Shown here: piece by piece, positions 9,026 to 18,471 of the stretch
How positions within the stretch are numbered: position 1 is the first letter of the stretch
Layout of the letters: each line of letters begins with the position of its first letter
Origin: a virus
IMG/VR virus record: IMGVR_UViG_3300037189_004270
Span: 6,607 to 70,606 of that record
Length of the DNA: 64,000 nucleotides
Reading direction: 5' to 3' (one strand)
The notes under the pieces: generated by a model
Database searches by the model: none
Told to the model about the DNA's origin: nothing
The model's input: the letters and a program-made list of their open reading frames with translations, nothing else
Made by a program: the position numbers and the translations under genes

Positions 9026-9616
9026 ATGCATAAAGAACTAGCGCCAGGAGTATTTGAATACTTATTTCCAGAGGATTTAGCAAAAGATTGTGTTAAGTAT
9101 TTAGAAAAAATATCTTATGATGAGTGGCAGGATTCTCTGGTTGGCGGGGGCAGAACAGCATTAAGCATAAGATCTAGCGAAGGATACAATATTGATAATG
9201 TTCAATCATTATCTGGTAAAATTAGAGAAAGTTTCTATGGATGTGTTAAAGATTATGTAAAACACTTTGATACATCTGTTCTACAAGATGAGGGTCTGAA
9301 TGTATTAAAATACGAGGGAGCAGATAACTATACATACCACGTTGATGCTTCATGGAATATGTATAGAACTATTTCTGCGCTAATATATCTTAATCCCAAT
9401 AAATATGAGGGTGGACATACGCATTTTAAATATTTTGACCTATACATAAAGCCAGAAAAACCTTCAATAGTTTTATTTCCATCTAATTATTTATATTTAC
9501 ATTCTGCAAAGCCTGTTACAAAGGGGCGAAAATATGTTATCGTCACCTGGCTAAACGATAAGCCTATAGAATTGATAAATAGTAATCATGGGTCTGGTTG
9601 TGCCTGCTCACGATGA
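9026..9616 (+). CDS. 2OG-Fe(II) oxygenase, prolyl 4-hydroxylase-like
   Basis: HVD...IYLN..YEGG...FPS..LH...V.KG.KY. Confidence 0.85.
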   Translation: MHKELAPGVFEYLFPEDLAKDCVKYLEKISYDEWQDSLVGGGRTALSIRSSEGYNIDNVQSLSGKIRESFYGCVKDYVKHFDTSVLQDEGLNVLKYEGADNYTYHVDASWNMYRTISALIYLNPNKYEGGHTHFKYFDLYIKPEKPSIVLFPSNYLYLHSAKPVTKGRKYVIVTWLNDKPIELINSNHGSGCACSR

Positions 9617-10335
9617 ATAATTTAACTTTTTTAAATGAAGATGCGGCTAATCTAAGTCTTCCAGATGAGTCTGTAGACTTAATTTTAACTGGCCCCCCGT
9701 ACTTTGGGGTCGATCCATTTAGGTATGGTGGAGACCATACAAAGCAAATTAACTATGTAGAAAATGAAAAACAATATGTAGAAAAGTTAATTGAGGCTAC
9801 TAAAGAGTTTAAAAGAATTTTAAAGAAAAATGGTAGCCTTATAATTAACTTAAACTTTCCAATAACATACAGGTATTATGTGGAAGTTGTCGATAATGAA
9901 ATTCTTAAATATGGATCGACATTTTTATGGGACTATTCCGATGAAGAGCCATTGCCAAATACGGAAAAATTTTTTCAAACCCATCAAACTTGGTTACATT
10001 TCTATAAAGGTGATACATTCCATGAGAACCCGTTTGGCGTCAAAAAGCATAGTGGATCAGTTTTAAAAATAAAGTTTAATAATTCTCATAGAGAAAAAGA
10101 GCAGGAACTGGCAAAGCATGGATTCATTCTAGATGCATACTCTATAGACATAGCGGAGCATTTTATAAAAACCTATAGCGCACCAAAATCCGTTGTGATG
10201 GACCCGTTTGGGGGGTCAGGAGTCGCTGCCGTTACAGCCTACATGAATAACAGGATTGGAATAACAAATGATATTTCCCCTGAATCAGTTGAATTAGCCA
10301 AGAAAAGATTTGAGATCTACACTAAAAATGACTAA
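9613..10335 (+). CDS. N4-C/N6-A methyltransferase, beta-class motif order
   Basis: SVDLILTGPPY (motif IV variant) precedes VMDPFGGSG (motif I); ATGA-coupled start at 9613. Confidence 0.8.
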   Translation: MNNLTFLNEDAANLSLPDESVDLILTGPPYFGVDPFRYGGDHTKQINYVENEKQYVEKLIEATKEFKRILKKNGSLIINLNFPITYRYYVEVVDNEILKYGSTFLWDYSDEEPLPNTEKFFQTHQTWLHFYKGDTFHENPFGVKKHSGSVLKIKFNNSHREKEQELAKHGFILDAYSIDIAEHFIKTYSAPKSVVMDPFGGSGVAAVTAYMNNRIGITNDISPESVELAKKRFEIYTKND

Positions 10336-10425
10336 TATATTTCTATATACCTTTTATTACCTATTGAACACTCGTCGGGCTATAAATTTAGGGGATAGCC
10401 ATTTATAAAATAGCAATTTTTAGGT

Positions 10426-10440
10426 TATAATTATATCATG
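10426..10440 (+). promoter_or_regulatory. Leaderless promoter (TATAAT-N6-ATG)
   Basis: TATAAT 10426-10431, ATG 10438, no SD. Confidence 0.65.
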
Positions 10441-11631
10441 GCCAAAGTAGCAAGAGTATGGGACGGTAGTCAATGGGTCATTCTTTCTCCTGCCCAAATA
10501 AACCCATATCCATCTCAAACTGGAAATTCCGGTAAATTTCTTAGTACAGATGGTGCCGCCGTTACTTGGCAAAATGTAGATTTATCCTCAAAGGCTAATA
10601 TAAACTCACCAACTTTTACTGGAAGCCCTCTAGCACCCACCGCCACCGCAGGAACTAATACAACTCAGATCGCTACTACGGCATTCGTTAGCACAGCATT
10701 AAGCAATTTGATCAATAGTGCTCCTGGCGCTCTAGACACTTTAGATGAATTAGCCGCAGCACTAGGAGATGATGCAAATTTTGCATCTAGCATAGCAACT
10801 TCACTTTCCCAAAAGCAGCCACTTGATGCAGATCTTACTGCTATTTCTGGGCTTACTGGGACGGGGTTCTTAAAAAGAACTGGCACAGATGCATGGACGT
10901 TAGACACAAGTACATATTTAACACAAAACCAGTCTATTAGTATTTCTGGCGACGCGACGGGATCTGGTACTACTTCTATATCAATAACCCTTGCTAACTC
11001 TGGAGTAACTGCTAATACATATGGAAGCGCTACTGCAATTCCAGTCATTACTGTAGATGCAAAAGGTAGAGTTACTAGCATAACAACTAGTTCAGTAGAG
11101 GGTCTTCCTTCACAATCAGGTAATTCTGGAAAATACCTTACTACCAATGGAACAACTGCCTCATGGGGCACATTAAATTTATCATCTAAAGCAGATTTAA
11201 ATTCACCAGCGTTTACTGGAACCCCTACTGCTCCAACTGCAGCGCAAGGAACAAATACAACTCAGGTAGCAACTACACAGTTCGTTCAACAAGCACTAGA
11301 AATAACACAAATTGATACATTTACCTTCGACGGAAGGACTACGAGATTCCTACCAAAATATTTAGGAACTCCATTAGATATAGATCATCCACTTAGGCTT
11401 TTATTGAATATCAATGGTATAATTCAGATAGTTGCAGAAAAGCCAAGCGCAACCTGGCTATCTGGATGGGCTTCATTTGGATACTATATAGATGATGATG
11501 GATATATAGTACTACCAGAGCCACCAGAACCAGGATCGTACTTTGAAGCACGATTGTTTCCAGGAGTGGATTTACAGGCAAGACCACCTATTTATCCATT
11601 CAGGGCAATAGACATATACTTAGGAGATTAA
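10438..11631 (+). CDS. Fibre protein
   Basis: Two PSQ.GNSGK.L.T.G modules, two PTA..GTNTTQ.ATT.FV modules, ALDTLDELAAALGDDANFA. Confidence 0.75.
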   Translation: MAKVARVWDGSQWVILSPAQINPYPSQTGNSGKFLSTDGAAVTWQNVDLSSKANINSPTFTGSPLAPTATAGTNTTQIATTAFVSTALSNLINSAPGALDTLDELAAALGDDANFASSIATSLSQKQPLDADLTAISGLTGTGFLKRTGTDAWTLDTSTYLTQNQSISISGDATGSGTTSISITLANSGVTANTYGSATAIPVITVDAKGRVTSITTSSVEGLPSQSGNSGKYLTTNGTTASWGTLNLSSKADLNSPAFTGTPTAPTAAQGTNTTQVATTQFVQQALEITQIDTFTFDGRTTRFLPKYLGTPLDIDHPLRLLLNINGIIQIVAEKPSATWLSGWASFGYYIDDDGYIVLPEPPEPGSYFEARLFPGVDLQARPPIYPFRAIDIYLGD

Positions 11632-11634
11632 TTA

Positions 11635-14600
11635 ATGGCTAGAAGAATAGTTGTAGAGGATTACACATTTACTCCATCTACAAGAACGATTGTCGTAAAT
11701 CGTTATATTAGACAGGAACATCTTACTCTTATCACAAATGTTAGCAGAAACCAAGTTATTTATAACTTCTCTGACCCTGCCCTTACTGCTACATCATATT
11801 TAGCAGTATCAACAAATACGCGCCAGGGTGCGACACTAAATAGAGACACGCTTGTATACTCTGCTGCTAGCGGAACAACTACCATTGTCCTTAACTACAA
11901 TACTGCTGGTATGTCTTCAGCAGATAAGTTGCAGATTCTCATAGATGAGCCAGCAGAAACTTTTAGACCAGATGAGGTGTATAGAGATCCTGTCGATAAA
12001 TTAAGAGTCTCAACTCCACAGTCATTAATTGATACAGATTTTGAGTATTCTCCACAGCCATCAAAGTGGGAAAGCCTAAGCCTAAGTTCAAACTATCCAT
12101 CATTCTATTCAAGAACTACTGGAGCCACCGCCTTTGACCTAGCATCAATTGTTGGCGGCAATCAAAGTCCAAGGTCTACTATTACAGTAACAACAAATGT
12201 TGTGCATGGACTTAATGCTGGAGATGTTGTAGTTGTACAAGATTCAACTAGCGCATTCACAGACGGTACATTTCTTGTAGATTCAGTCCCTACTACAACA
12301 ACATTTACATACACCGCGTTTGGAGTAGTTAATGGATCTGTTCAAGACTCTTCATATACAACAATTTATGGCGGCGGTATCTTTGACGGTGCTAGAATTC
12401 CATTAGCGGTATCAGCAACAGCCATGGTATATTCTGGAACATCTATTACTGTAACTACTGCATCTGCACATGGGTTAGTTCCAGGTGCCCCCATTTTAGT
12501 TAGGGGGGTAACTGCAACTACTAATCCACCAAATGGTAACTGGGTAGTGGAGACAGTTGCCACACCAACAACGTTTACATATACAGCATCTGCCGCACCT
12601 ACAGGAACACTAGCATCAGGGACTAACTTTGCTACTGCATTTTTATATGTTCGTCCAGATGGATATCAGCAACATAGAGCCTTAGACGGCGGTGTTTTAA
12701 TTACAACTGGCGGTCCATCTAATGGATCACAAATGATTAGACAGACAAGAAGATACTTTAGATACCAATCTGGTAAAGGTGTTCAATATTCAACTGGAAT
12801 AAAGTTTACCCCAACGTTCGATATTGATACTATTTCTGCTAGTGGTAATACTGTTACTGTAAATACAATACAAGATCATAATCTTCAAATTGGAACATCA
12901 ATTAGAGTTGAAGGTGTTGTATCTTCTGCTGGCAATGCAGATAGTGATAGATATAATATTACCGCAAATGTTGCTAGTGTTACTGGATCAAAATCATTCA
13001 CATATACGACTACAGCAATTCCTACAGATACTGCTCCAGGTGGAACTAATATTTTCGTAACAGCAGTAAACTGGAAAGGATCTGCTGTACGAGCGGGTCT
13101 TTATGATGATCAGAACGGATTCTTCTTTGAGTATGACGGACAAACAGTTTATGCATGTAGAAGAGATTCAGTAAAAGAACTTTTTGGTCGTGTGAATGTA
13201 ACTAGTGGTTCAAGCACTATTACTGGAACGAATACGAGATTTTTGAGTCAATTGGTTGTCGGAGAATATGTTGTGGTTAAGGGACAAAGTTACTTAATTA
13301 CAAGTATTACTAATAATACTAGTATGACTGTAGCACCCGCATATCGCGGAGCAACAAGAACAAATTCTAGATACCTAAAGACTCAGACATATAGAATTCC
13401 TCAGTCTGCATGGAACATGGATTCAATGGACGGTACTGGTCCATCTGGATATAACATGGATATCTCAAAGATGCAGATGGCCTATATTGACTACACTTGG
13501 TACGGCGCTGGACACATTAGATTTGGATTCCGTGGACCCAATGGAGATATTGTCTATTGCCACAAAATGCCAAACAATAATATTAATACATCTGCCTACA
13601 TGCGTTCTGGAAACCTTCCTGGAAGGTTTGAGGCAATTAACTATGGACCAACCACTAGATTGGTAGCAGGAGCAAGCATAGCAAGAGGTTCCGCATTTGC
13701 CCCTGCTGATGGAACATTATATGTAGAAGATGCTGTCAACTGGCCTTCAACTGGCTGGATTCTAGTAAAAGACAATGTAAATTGTGAAATGATTAGGTAT
13801 ACAAGCATTGGATCATACAATTCTTCTGCTCGCGGGTATCCAATATCAGGATTATCAAGAAGAACATCATGGACATATGCTGGAGTTAATCCTGCTGGAT
13901 CATTCTCCTCTACAGCATATAACCTAGGTGGAACTTCTTCTAACGTAACATTTACACCTGATTCATCATTAGGTGGAGTAGGATCAAATGGTCAGGCTTC
14001 TGTAAGTTATGTATACAGCGATTGCGCTCCAGTTGTAAGCCATTGGGGTGTTTCTGTGATCATGGATGGTCGTTATGATGATGACAAGTCTATTATCTTT
14101 ACCGCTGGTATGAATAGATTCATGTCAATTTCTACTGGCGCACAAAGACCACTCCTTGCCATTAGAATTGCTCCTTCAGTAGATTCTGGAATTGGAAGAA
14201 ACTTCGGGGTAAGAGAAATTGTTAATAGAATGCAGTTAACTCTCAACAGCATGGAAGTCTTTTCTGCTGGACAATTCCTAATTGAAGGAATTCTTAACCC
14301 ACAAACCATTACTGGTGGAGGACTAACAATTCCTAATGATTGGTCTACAATATCTGTTGGATCTGGATCGCTGGCACAGGTAGTCTATTTTGACGCTACT
14401 TCAGCATTCAATGCCGTCGCAGCAACAGCGTCTGGAGCATTTACTGGAGGAGATAGAGTATTTGCATTCTATGCAGAAAACTCTGGTGGAACAAATCCAT
14501 CTGCTACATCCTTCGACCTATCTAGGGCTAGAGATCTAGGAACATCTATTCTTAGTGGTGATGGATCAGCGGGAACAGTTAATCCAGGTTATCCTACTGG

Positions 14601-14694
14601 ACCAGATATTCTATTAATTACTGCAAGAAACTTAGCAGCAGCAGGCAATGCTAACGTGGCAGCAAGAATTTCTTGGACAGAAGCACAAGCGTAG
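11635..14694 (+). CDS. Large virion structural protein
   Basis: 1019 aa, beta-rich; three ITVTT..HGL..G-type repeats; N-terminal YTFTPS...LITNV..NQVIYNF domain. Confidence 0.7.
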   Translation: MARRIVVEDYTFTPSTRTIVVNRYIRQEHLTLITNVSRNQVIYNFSDPALTATSYLAVSTNTRQGATLNRDTLVYSAASGTTTIVLNYNTAGMSSADKLQILIDEPAETFRPDEVYRDPVDKLRVSTPQSLIDTDFEYSPQPSKWESLSLSSNYPSFYSRTTGATAFDLASIVGGNQSPRSTITVTTNVVHGLNAGDVVVVQDSTSAFTDGTFLVDSVPTTTTFTYTAFGVVNGSVQDSSYTTIYGGGIFDGARIPLAVSATAMVYSGTSITVTTASAHGLVPGAPILVRGVTATTNPPNGNWVVETVATPTTFTYTASAAPTGTLASGTNFATAFLYVRPDGYQQHRALDGGVLITTGGPSNGSQMIRQTRRYFRYQSGKGVQYSTGIKFTPTFDIDTISASGNTVTVNTIQDHNLQIGTSIRVEGVVSSAGNADSDRYNITANVASVTGSKSFTYTTTAIPTDTAPGGTNIFVTAVNWKGSAVRAGLYDDQNGFFFEYDGQTVYACRRDSVKELFGRVNVTSGSSTITGTNTRFLSQLVVGEYVVVKGQSYLITSITNNTSMTVAPAYRGATRTNSRYLKTQTYRIPQSAWNMDSMDGTGPSGYNMDISKMQMAYIDYTWYGAGHIRFGFRGPNGDIVYCHKMPNNNINTSAYMRSGNLPGRFEAINYGPTTRLVAGASIARGSAFAPADGTLYVEDAVNWPSTGWILVKDNVNCEMIRYTSIGSYNSSARGYPISGLSRRTSWTYAGVNPAGSFSSTAYNLGGTSSNVTFTPDSSLGGVGSNGQASVSYVYSDCAPVVSHWGVSVIMDGRYDDDKSIIFTAGMNRFMSISTGAQRPLLAIRIAPSVDSGIGRNFGVREIVNRMQLTLNSMEVFSAGQFLIEGILNPQTITGGGLTIPNDWSTISVGSGSLAQVVYFDATSAFNAVAATASGAFTGGDRVFAFYAENSGGTNPSATSFDLSRARDLGTSILSGDGSAGTVNPGYPTGPDILLITARNLAAAGNANVAARISWTEAQA

Positions 14695-14706
14695 AAAGGG
14701 AAAAAT

Positions 14707-15405
14707 ATGCCTATTAATAGAATTAGGTTAGACGATGTTGATATTAGGAACATTACAACTACTACAACATTACTAAGTGAAACTATTGCAGATTTATCAG
14801 ATAGAGTAGATTTAAAAATCAATGCAAACTCCCCAGCACTAACTGGAATTCCCACTGCACCTACTGCTCCCGTAGATACTAACACTACCCAAATTGCAAA
14901 CACCGTCTTTGTGTTGAATCAAGGTTATCTAAAATCTACAACAGCACAATCAACATATTCTCCTATAGCAAATCCTACTTTTACAGGAACGGTAAATGCA
15001 GGAGCAGCATTAATAACTAACGAGGTTCTGGAGAATGCTAACATAATTGCTTCTGCCATCCCTGCTACTGCAAATATTGATATGGTAACATCAGGAATTC
15101 ATTATTACACAACTAATGCTTCTGCAAACTGGACATTTAATTTTAGAGGCGATTCATCAACAACATTAAATAACCAGATGGCAATTAATCAAGTTACTAC
15201 AGCAACAATATTAGTAACAAATGGTGCAACACCTTTTAGGGCAACTGGATTTCAGGTTGATGGATCAGCCATTACACCTAGATGGGCAGATGCCCTTGTT
15301 CCCGCAGCGGGGAATGCTAATAGCATAGACATTTATACTTTTACTCTTATAAAGATAGGAGCAAGTGCATTTACCGCACTGGCTAGTCTAGCAAGGTTTG
15401 CATAA
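14707..15405 (+). CDS. Fibre protein, paralog of 4054..4599
   Basis: PTAPTA..NTTQIA repeat plus the shared C-terminal domain. Confidence 0.7.
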   Translation: MPINRIRLDDVDIRNITTTTTLLSETIADLSDRVDLKINANSPALTGIPTAPTAPVDTNTTQIANTVFVLNQGYLKSTTAQSTYSPIANPTFTGTVNAGAALITNEVLENANIIASAIPATANIDMVTSGIHYYTTNASANWTFNFRGDSSTTLNNQMAINQVTTATILVTNGATPFRATGFQVDGSAITPRWADALVPAAGNANSIDIYTFTLIKIGASAFTALASLARFA

Positions 15406-16310
15406 TGCCATTTGTTTCAAAATTTTCTGGGCATGGTAGAGTTCCAGGAATTCACAAGCCAGCCGCTCCACCAATACCATCAGTAACTAATACTGCAACG
15501 ACATTCGATACTTTAACATTTACTATTGGAAATTATAACGCTACATGGACTTATACTGGGTCTATATCTCCAAGTGCTGGAACAATTACTTTTAGTGGCT
15601 CTACAGTAACTATTACTGGTCTTACTGGAAGTACCGCATATACTTTAACGGTAACTGCTAGAGGTTCTGGTGGAAGTAGTTCTGGAACTGGTTCTGCAAC
15701 TACTAACGCACCACCACCATTTTTCCCACCATTCTTTCCGTTCTTCCCATTCTTTCCTCCGTTCTTCCCATTCTTTCCACCATTCTTCCCATTCTTTCCT
15801 CCGTTCTTCCCAGGGTTTGGCCCCTTCTTTCCAGGATTTGCTCCCCCTCCACCCCCATCAAAAACCGCTCCCTCAAACTACATAAAGGATGGTATAAAGA
15901 TTACGCTTTTAACTAGTGAATATGGATATTTAGAGCCCAAGTACCTAACAGAAGAGGACTCTTTGGCATGCATAGATGTTGAAATTACGGATCTTGGAGT
16001 GAAGGTAATTGAAGCCACTAGCACAAATATTGTTAATGTTCAATCAACATATGACAATATAAAAATGGTTTATATAAATGGAGACTCATATCCAGAAAAT
16101 GCAATGCTTCTGTCAACAAAAGACGGGGTATCGAAATTTGTAAAATCAACAGAATTAGATGAGTCATATTACATATTTGATTATGAGTCTATGGAATTTA
16201 TAAAGATAGAAAGCGTATCCGTTGAAGATTTTTATGGAATAATATACAATATAGAGTGTAGCCCTAACAATAATTATGTTATCCAAAAAACAATTGGCTA
16301 CTTCGAATAA
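15405..16310 (+). CDS. FN3-like + Pro/Phe repeat + degenerate Hint-like domain protein
   Basis: TITGLTGSTAYTLTVTA (FN3); PPPFFPPFFPFFP...; C-terminal IYNIECSPNNNYVI like a Hint end. Confidence 0.65.
   Translation: MPFVSKFSGHGRVPGIHKPAAPPIPSVTNTATTFDTLTFTIGNYNATWTYTGSISPSAGTITFSGSTVTITGLTGSTAYTLTVTARGSGGSSSGTGSATTNAPPPFFPPFFPFFPFFPPFFPFFPPFFPFFPPFFPGFGPFFPGFAPPPPPSKTAPSNYIKDGIKITLLTSEYGYLEPKYLTEEDSLACIDVEITDLGVKVIEATSTNIVNVQSTYDNIKMVYINGDSYPENAMLLSTKDGVSKFVKSTELDESYYIFDYESMEFIKIESVSVEDFYGIIYNIECSPNNNYVIQKTIGYFE
15711..15857 (+). repeat. Tandem repeat encoding (FFPFFPP)n, with poly-Pro flanks
   Basis: Three 21-nt units at 15741-15803; units 1 and 3 identical (TTCTTCCCATTCTTTCCTCCG). Confidence 0.9.
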
Positions 16311-16327
16311 CTAAAAGAAAGAATGCA

Positions 16328-17056
16328 ATGAACGATTGGCTAACTAAAAGTCGTGAAGAAACTCATGCCCATAGAATGCCGGATAGGTTTTTAAATGGTA
16401 CATTAGTAACCAATCCAGCGCTGGGAATAAATGTGTATAACATGGCTATACCAGATAAAGTATGTAGTGATTCGATAAGAACCCTTGAAGAAAATTTAGG
16501 TAGTGATAGAGAATATAACTGGAAGCCTGCCATCGTAACTGAATCAAGCGAGCCTCTTCTAGAGGCTAGATTCTGCATGGACTTCAAAGTAGGACAAAAC
16601 TGCCTTGGAGAAAGAAGTAATACCAATTCAGTATTTTATGATATGCATGAATCTGTTTTTCGCAGTATTTATCCATGCTCTATAGATTATGGATCTTACT
16701 GGGGTGTGGGCATAAACTACTTTGAGGTATTTAACTTTGTTAAGTATGAAAGTCCTGGGCACCATTTCAATATTCATGCGGATCATGGCCCAGCCTATGT
16801 TACTACAGTTTCAATAGTTGCATATTTAAATGAAGACTATCATGGAGGAGAATTACATTTTCCCAGATTTGATCTTACTTTAAAGCCAAAAAAGGGTGAC
16901 GTAGTTATATTCCCATCTACCTTTATTTATGAGCATTCTTCTGAACCAATGATTTCAGGAACTAAATATTCAGTCGTCGTGATGACAGATTATAATTCTC
17001 GTGGAAAACTTAGATATTACGCATATCGTGAACAAGATGATCAATTGGTATATTAG
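16328..17056 (+). CDS. 2OG-Fe(II) oxygenase, prolyl 4-hydroxylase-like
   Basis: HAD...YLNEDY.GGEL.F...FPS..EH...GTKYS. Confidence 0.9.
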   Translation: MNDWLTKSREETHAHRMPDRFLNGTLVTNPALGINVYNMAIPDKVCSDSIRTLEENLGSDREYNWKPAIVTESSEPLLEARFCMDFKVGQNCLGERSNTNSVFYDMHESVFRSIYPCSIDYGSYWGVGINYFEVFNFVKYESPGHHFNIHADHGPAYVTTVSIVAYLNEDYHGGELHFPRFDLTLKPKKGDVVIFPSTFIYEHSSEPMISGTKYSVVVMTDYNSRGKLRYYAYREQDDQLVY

Positions 17057-17062
17057 GTAGTC

Positions 17063-17761
17063 ATGTATAGTTTTGAAGAAGTATCAGACAGAATTAAAAA
17101 TTTTTATACTCAAGATCAACAAACTTGGTCATCTGTTGAAGAACTAGCCGATGGCGTATTTGTTTTTCATGACGTTATTCCTCACAACACCACCTCTTTT
17201 CTGGAGGACGTTATTCAGGATACTTCTAACAATTATGGCTATATGGAGGCTATGGTTGGTTACGGAATGAAAATGCCAGAGTATAGAGACTGTCTAGATT
17301 TTAAGTACAAAAGAAGTGACATAGAAAATGATAACTCCATTTCGGGAATGTTACTAAAAAAATTATGGGATAGCGTGTACTCTAAATGCCTTCCTGCCGT
17401 TCAGTCCTACTGCAAACTCTTTAACATCGGAGAACTTAGGTACTGGGAGGCTATGAATTTTGTTAAGTATGGGCCAGGAAAGCACTTCCAGGAACATGCA
17501 GATCACGGATATTCTTACAATTGCGTAGTATCTTTAGTAGGATACCCTAATGATAACTATGAAGGTGGAGAGTTGGAATTTAGACTACAGAAATTAAAAG
17601 TAAAGCCAAGGGCGGGAGACCTTTTTGTATTTCCCTCTAACTTTATGTATCCACATAAATCATTACCAGTTATAAGTGGTACAAAGTATTCTATTGTTAC
17701 AATGCTAGATTATTCAGATAAGTACCACCGTCCAGAATTTTATCAAGAAACTGGTTCATAG
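17063..17761 (+). CDS. 2OG-Fe(II) oxygenase, prolyl 4-hydroxylase-like
   Basis: HAD...NDNYEGGEL.F...FPSN..PH...GTKYS. Confidence 0.9.
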   Translation: MYSFEEVSDRIKNFYTQDQQTWSSVEELADGVFVFHDVIPHNTTSFLEDVIQDTSNNYGYMEAMVGYGMKMPEYRDCLDFKYKRSDIENDNSISGMLLKKLWDSVYSKCLPAVQSYCKLFNIGELRYWEAMNFVKYGPGKHFQEHADHGYSYNCVVSLVGYPNDNYEGGELEFRLQKLKVKPRAGDLFVFPSNFMYPHKSLPVISGTKYSIVTMLDYSDKYHRPEFYQETGS

Positions 17762-18471
17762 TGAACATTAGTGTGTATAGAGAGCCCAACTCTCCTACCC
17801 AACTTGATCAGTTGCCAATGACAAGAGACTGGATGGACTTAACTTTCGATAGACATGCATATCAATGTTTCCCAGTATCTATGGCTAACCGCGCAGGGCT
17901 GGGTATATCATTTAAAGAAGATGTGTCATTCGTCTGGGACGGAATAAATACTTCTTCAGACCATCATATAAGGATAATTAAGGGAGAAAATTTTGCACAT
18001 TCCAAGAGAGGAAATCGTACCGTAAGTTTTGACACAGGATTGTACTTTTCCCCAGAGAGTAATCTGTCTTTGATGACTATGACTCCACCAAATATATTTT
18101 TAGATGGAATTCAATGTATCAGTACCATTGTCAGCACTTCTGCATTAGTTGGAACCTTTCCTATAGCACTAATGGTTACTAAGCCAAATGTAGAAATTAT
18201 TATTCCAGCAGGAACTATAATTGCTTCAATACTTCCAATTTCTCTATCAGAATTAAATAATATAGAGATTGATATAATTTCAAAACGTCCAGATTTCATG
18301 TCTGATGCAAACTGGAATAACAGGATGCGCGAGCGAGGGGAAGCCTCTCAGAAACTAAATTCTAAGGGAGAGTGGACGCATTTTTATCGAAATGCTGTAG
18401 ACCATAATGGAGAGCCTTATGGAGAACATGAGGCAAAAAGAATAATAATGAAAGTAAACGATGAAGATTAA
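17761..18471 (+). CDS. DUF6065-like protein
   Basis: RDWMD.T.DRHAYQCFPVSMAN..G signature. Confidence 0.65.
   Translation: MNISVYREPNSPTQLDQLPMTRDWMDLTFDRHAYQCFPVSMANRAGLGISFKEDVSFVWDGINTSSDHHIRIIKGENFAHSKRGNRTVSFDTGLYFSPESNLSLMTMTPPNIFLDGIQCISTIVSTSALVGTFPIALMVTKPNVEIIIPAGTIIASILPISLSELNNIEIDIISKRPDFMSDANWNNRMRERGEASQKLNSKGEWTHFYRNAVDHNGEPYGEHEAKRIIMKVNDED

Noticed and set aside
10336-10425. Possible tRNA/ncRNA in intergenic gaps (also 31983-32077, 57079-57122)
   Set aside because: Only short weak stems; no cloverleaf or T-loop consensus seen.
15741-15803. 21-nt repeats as a CRISPR array or DGR repeat
   Set aside because: Directly tandem, in-frame and without spacers; no reverse transcriptase or cas operon in the window.
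15670-15885. His/Ser-rich alternative-frame ORF (HHHHFSHHSF...)
   Set aside because: By-product of the Pro/Phe repeat read in another frame.
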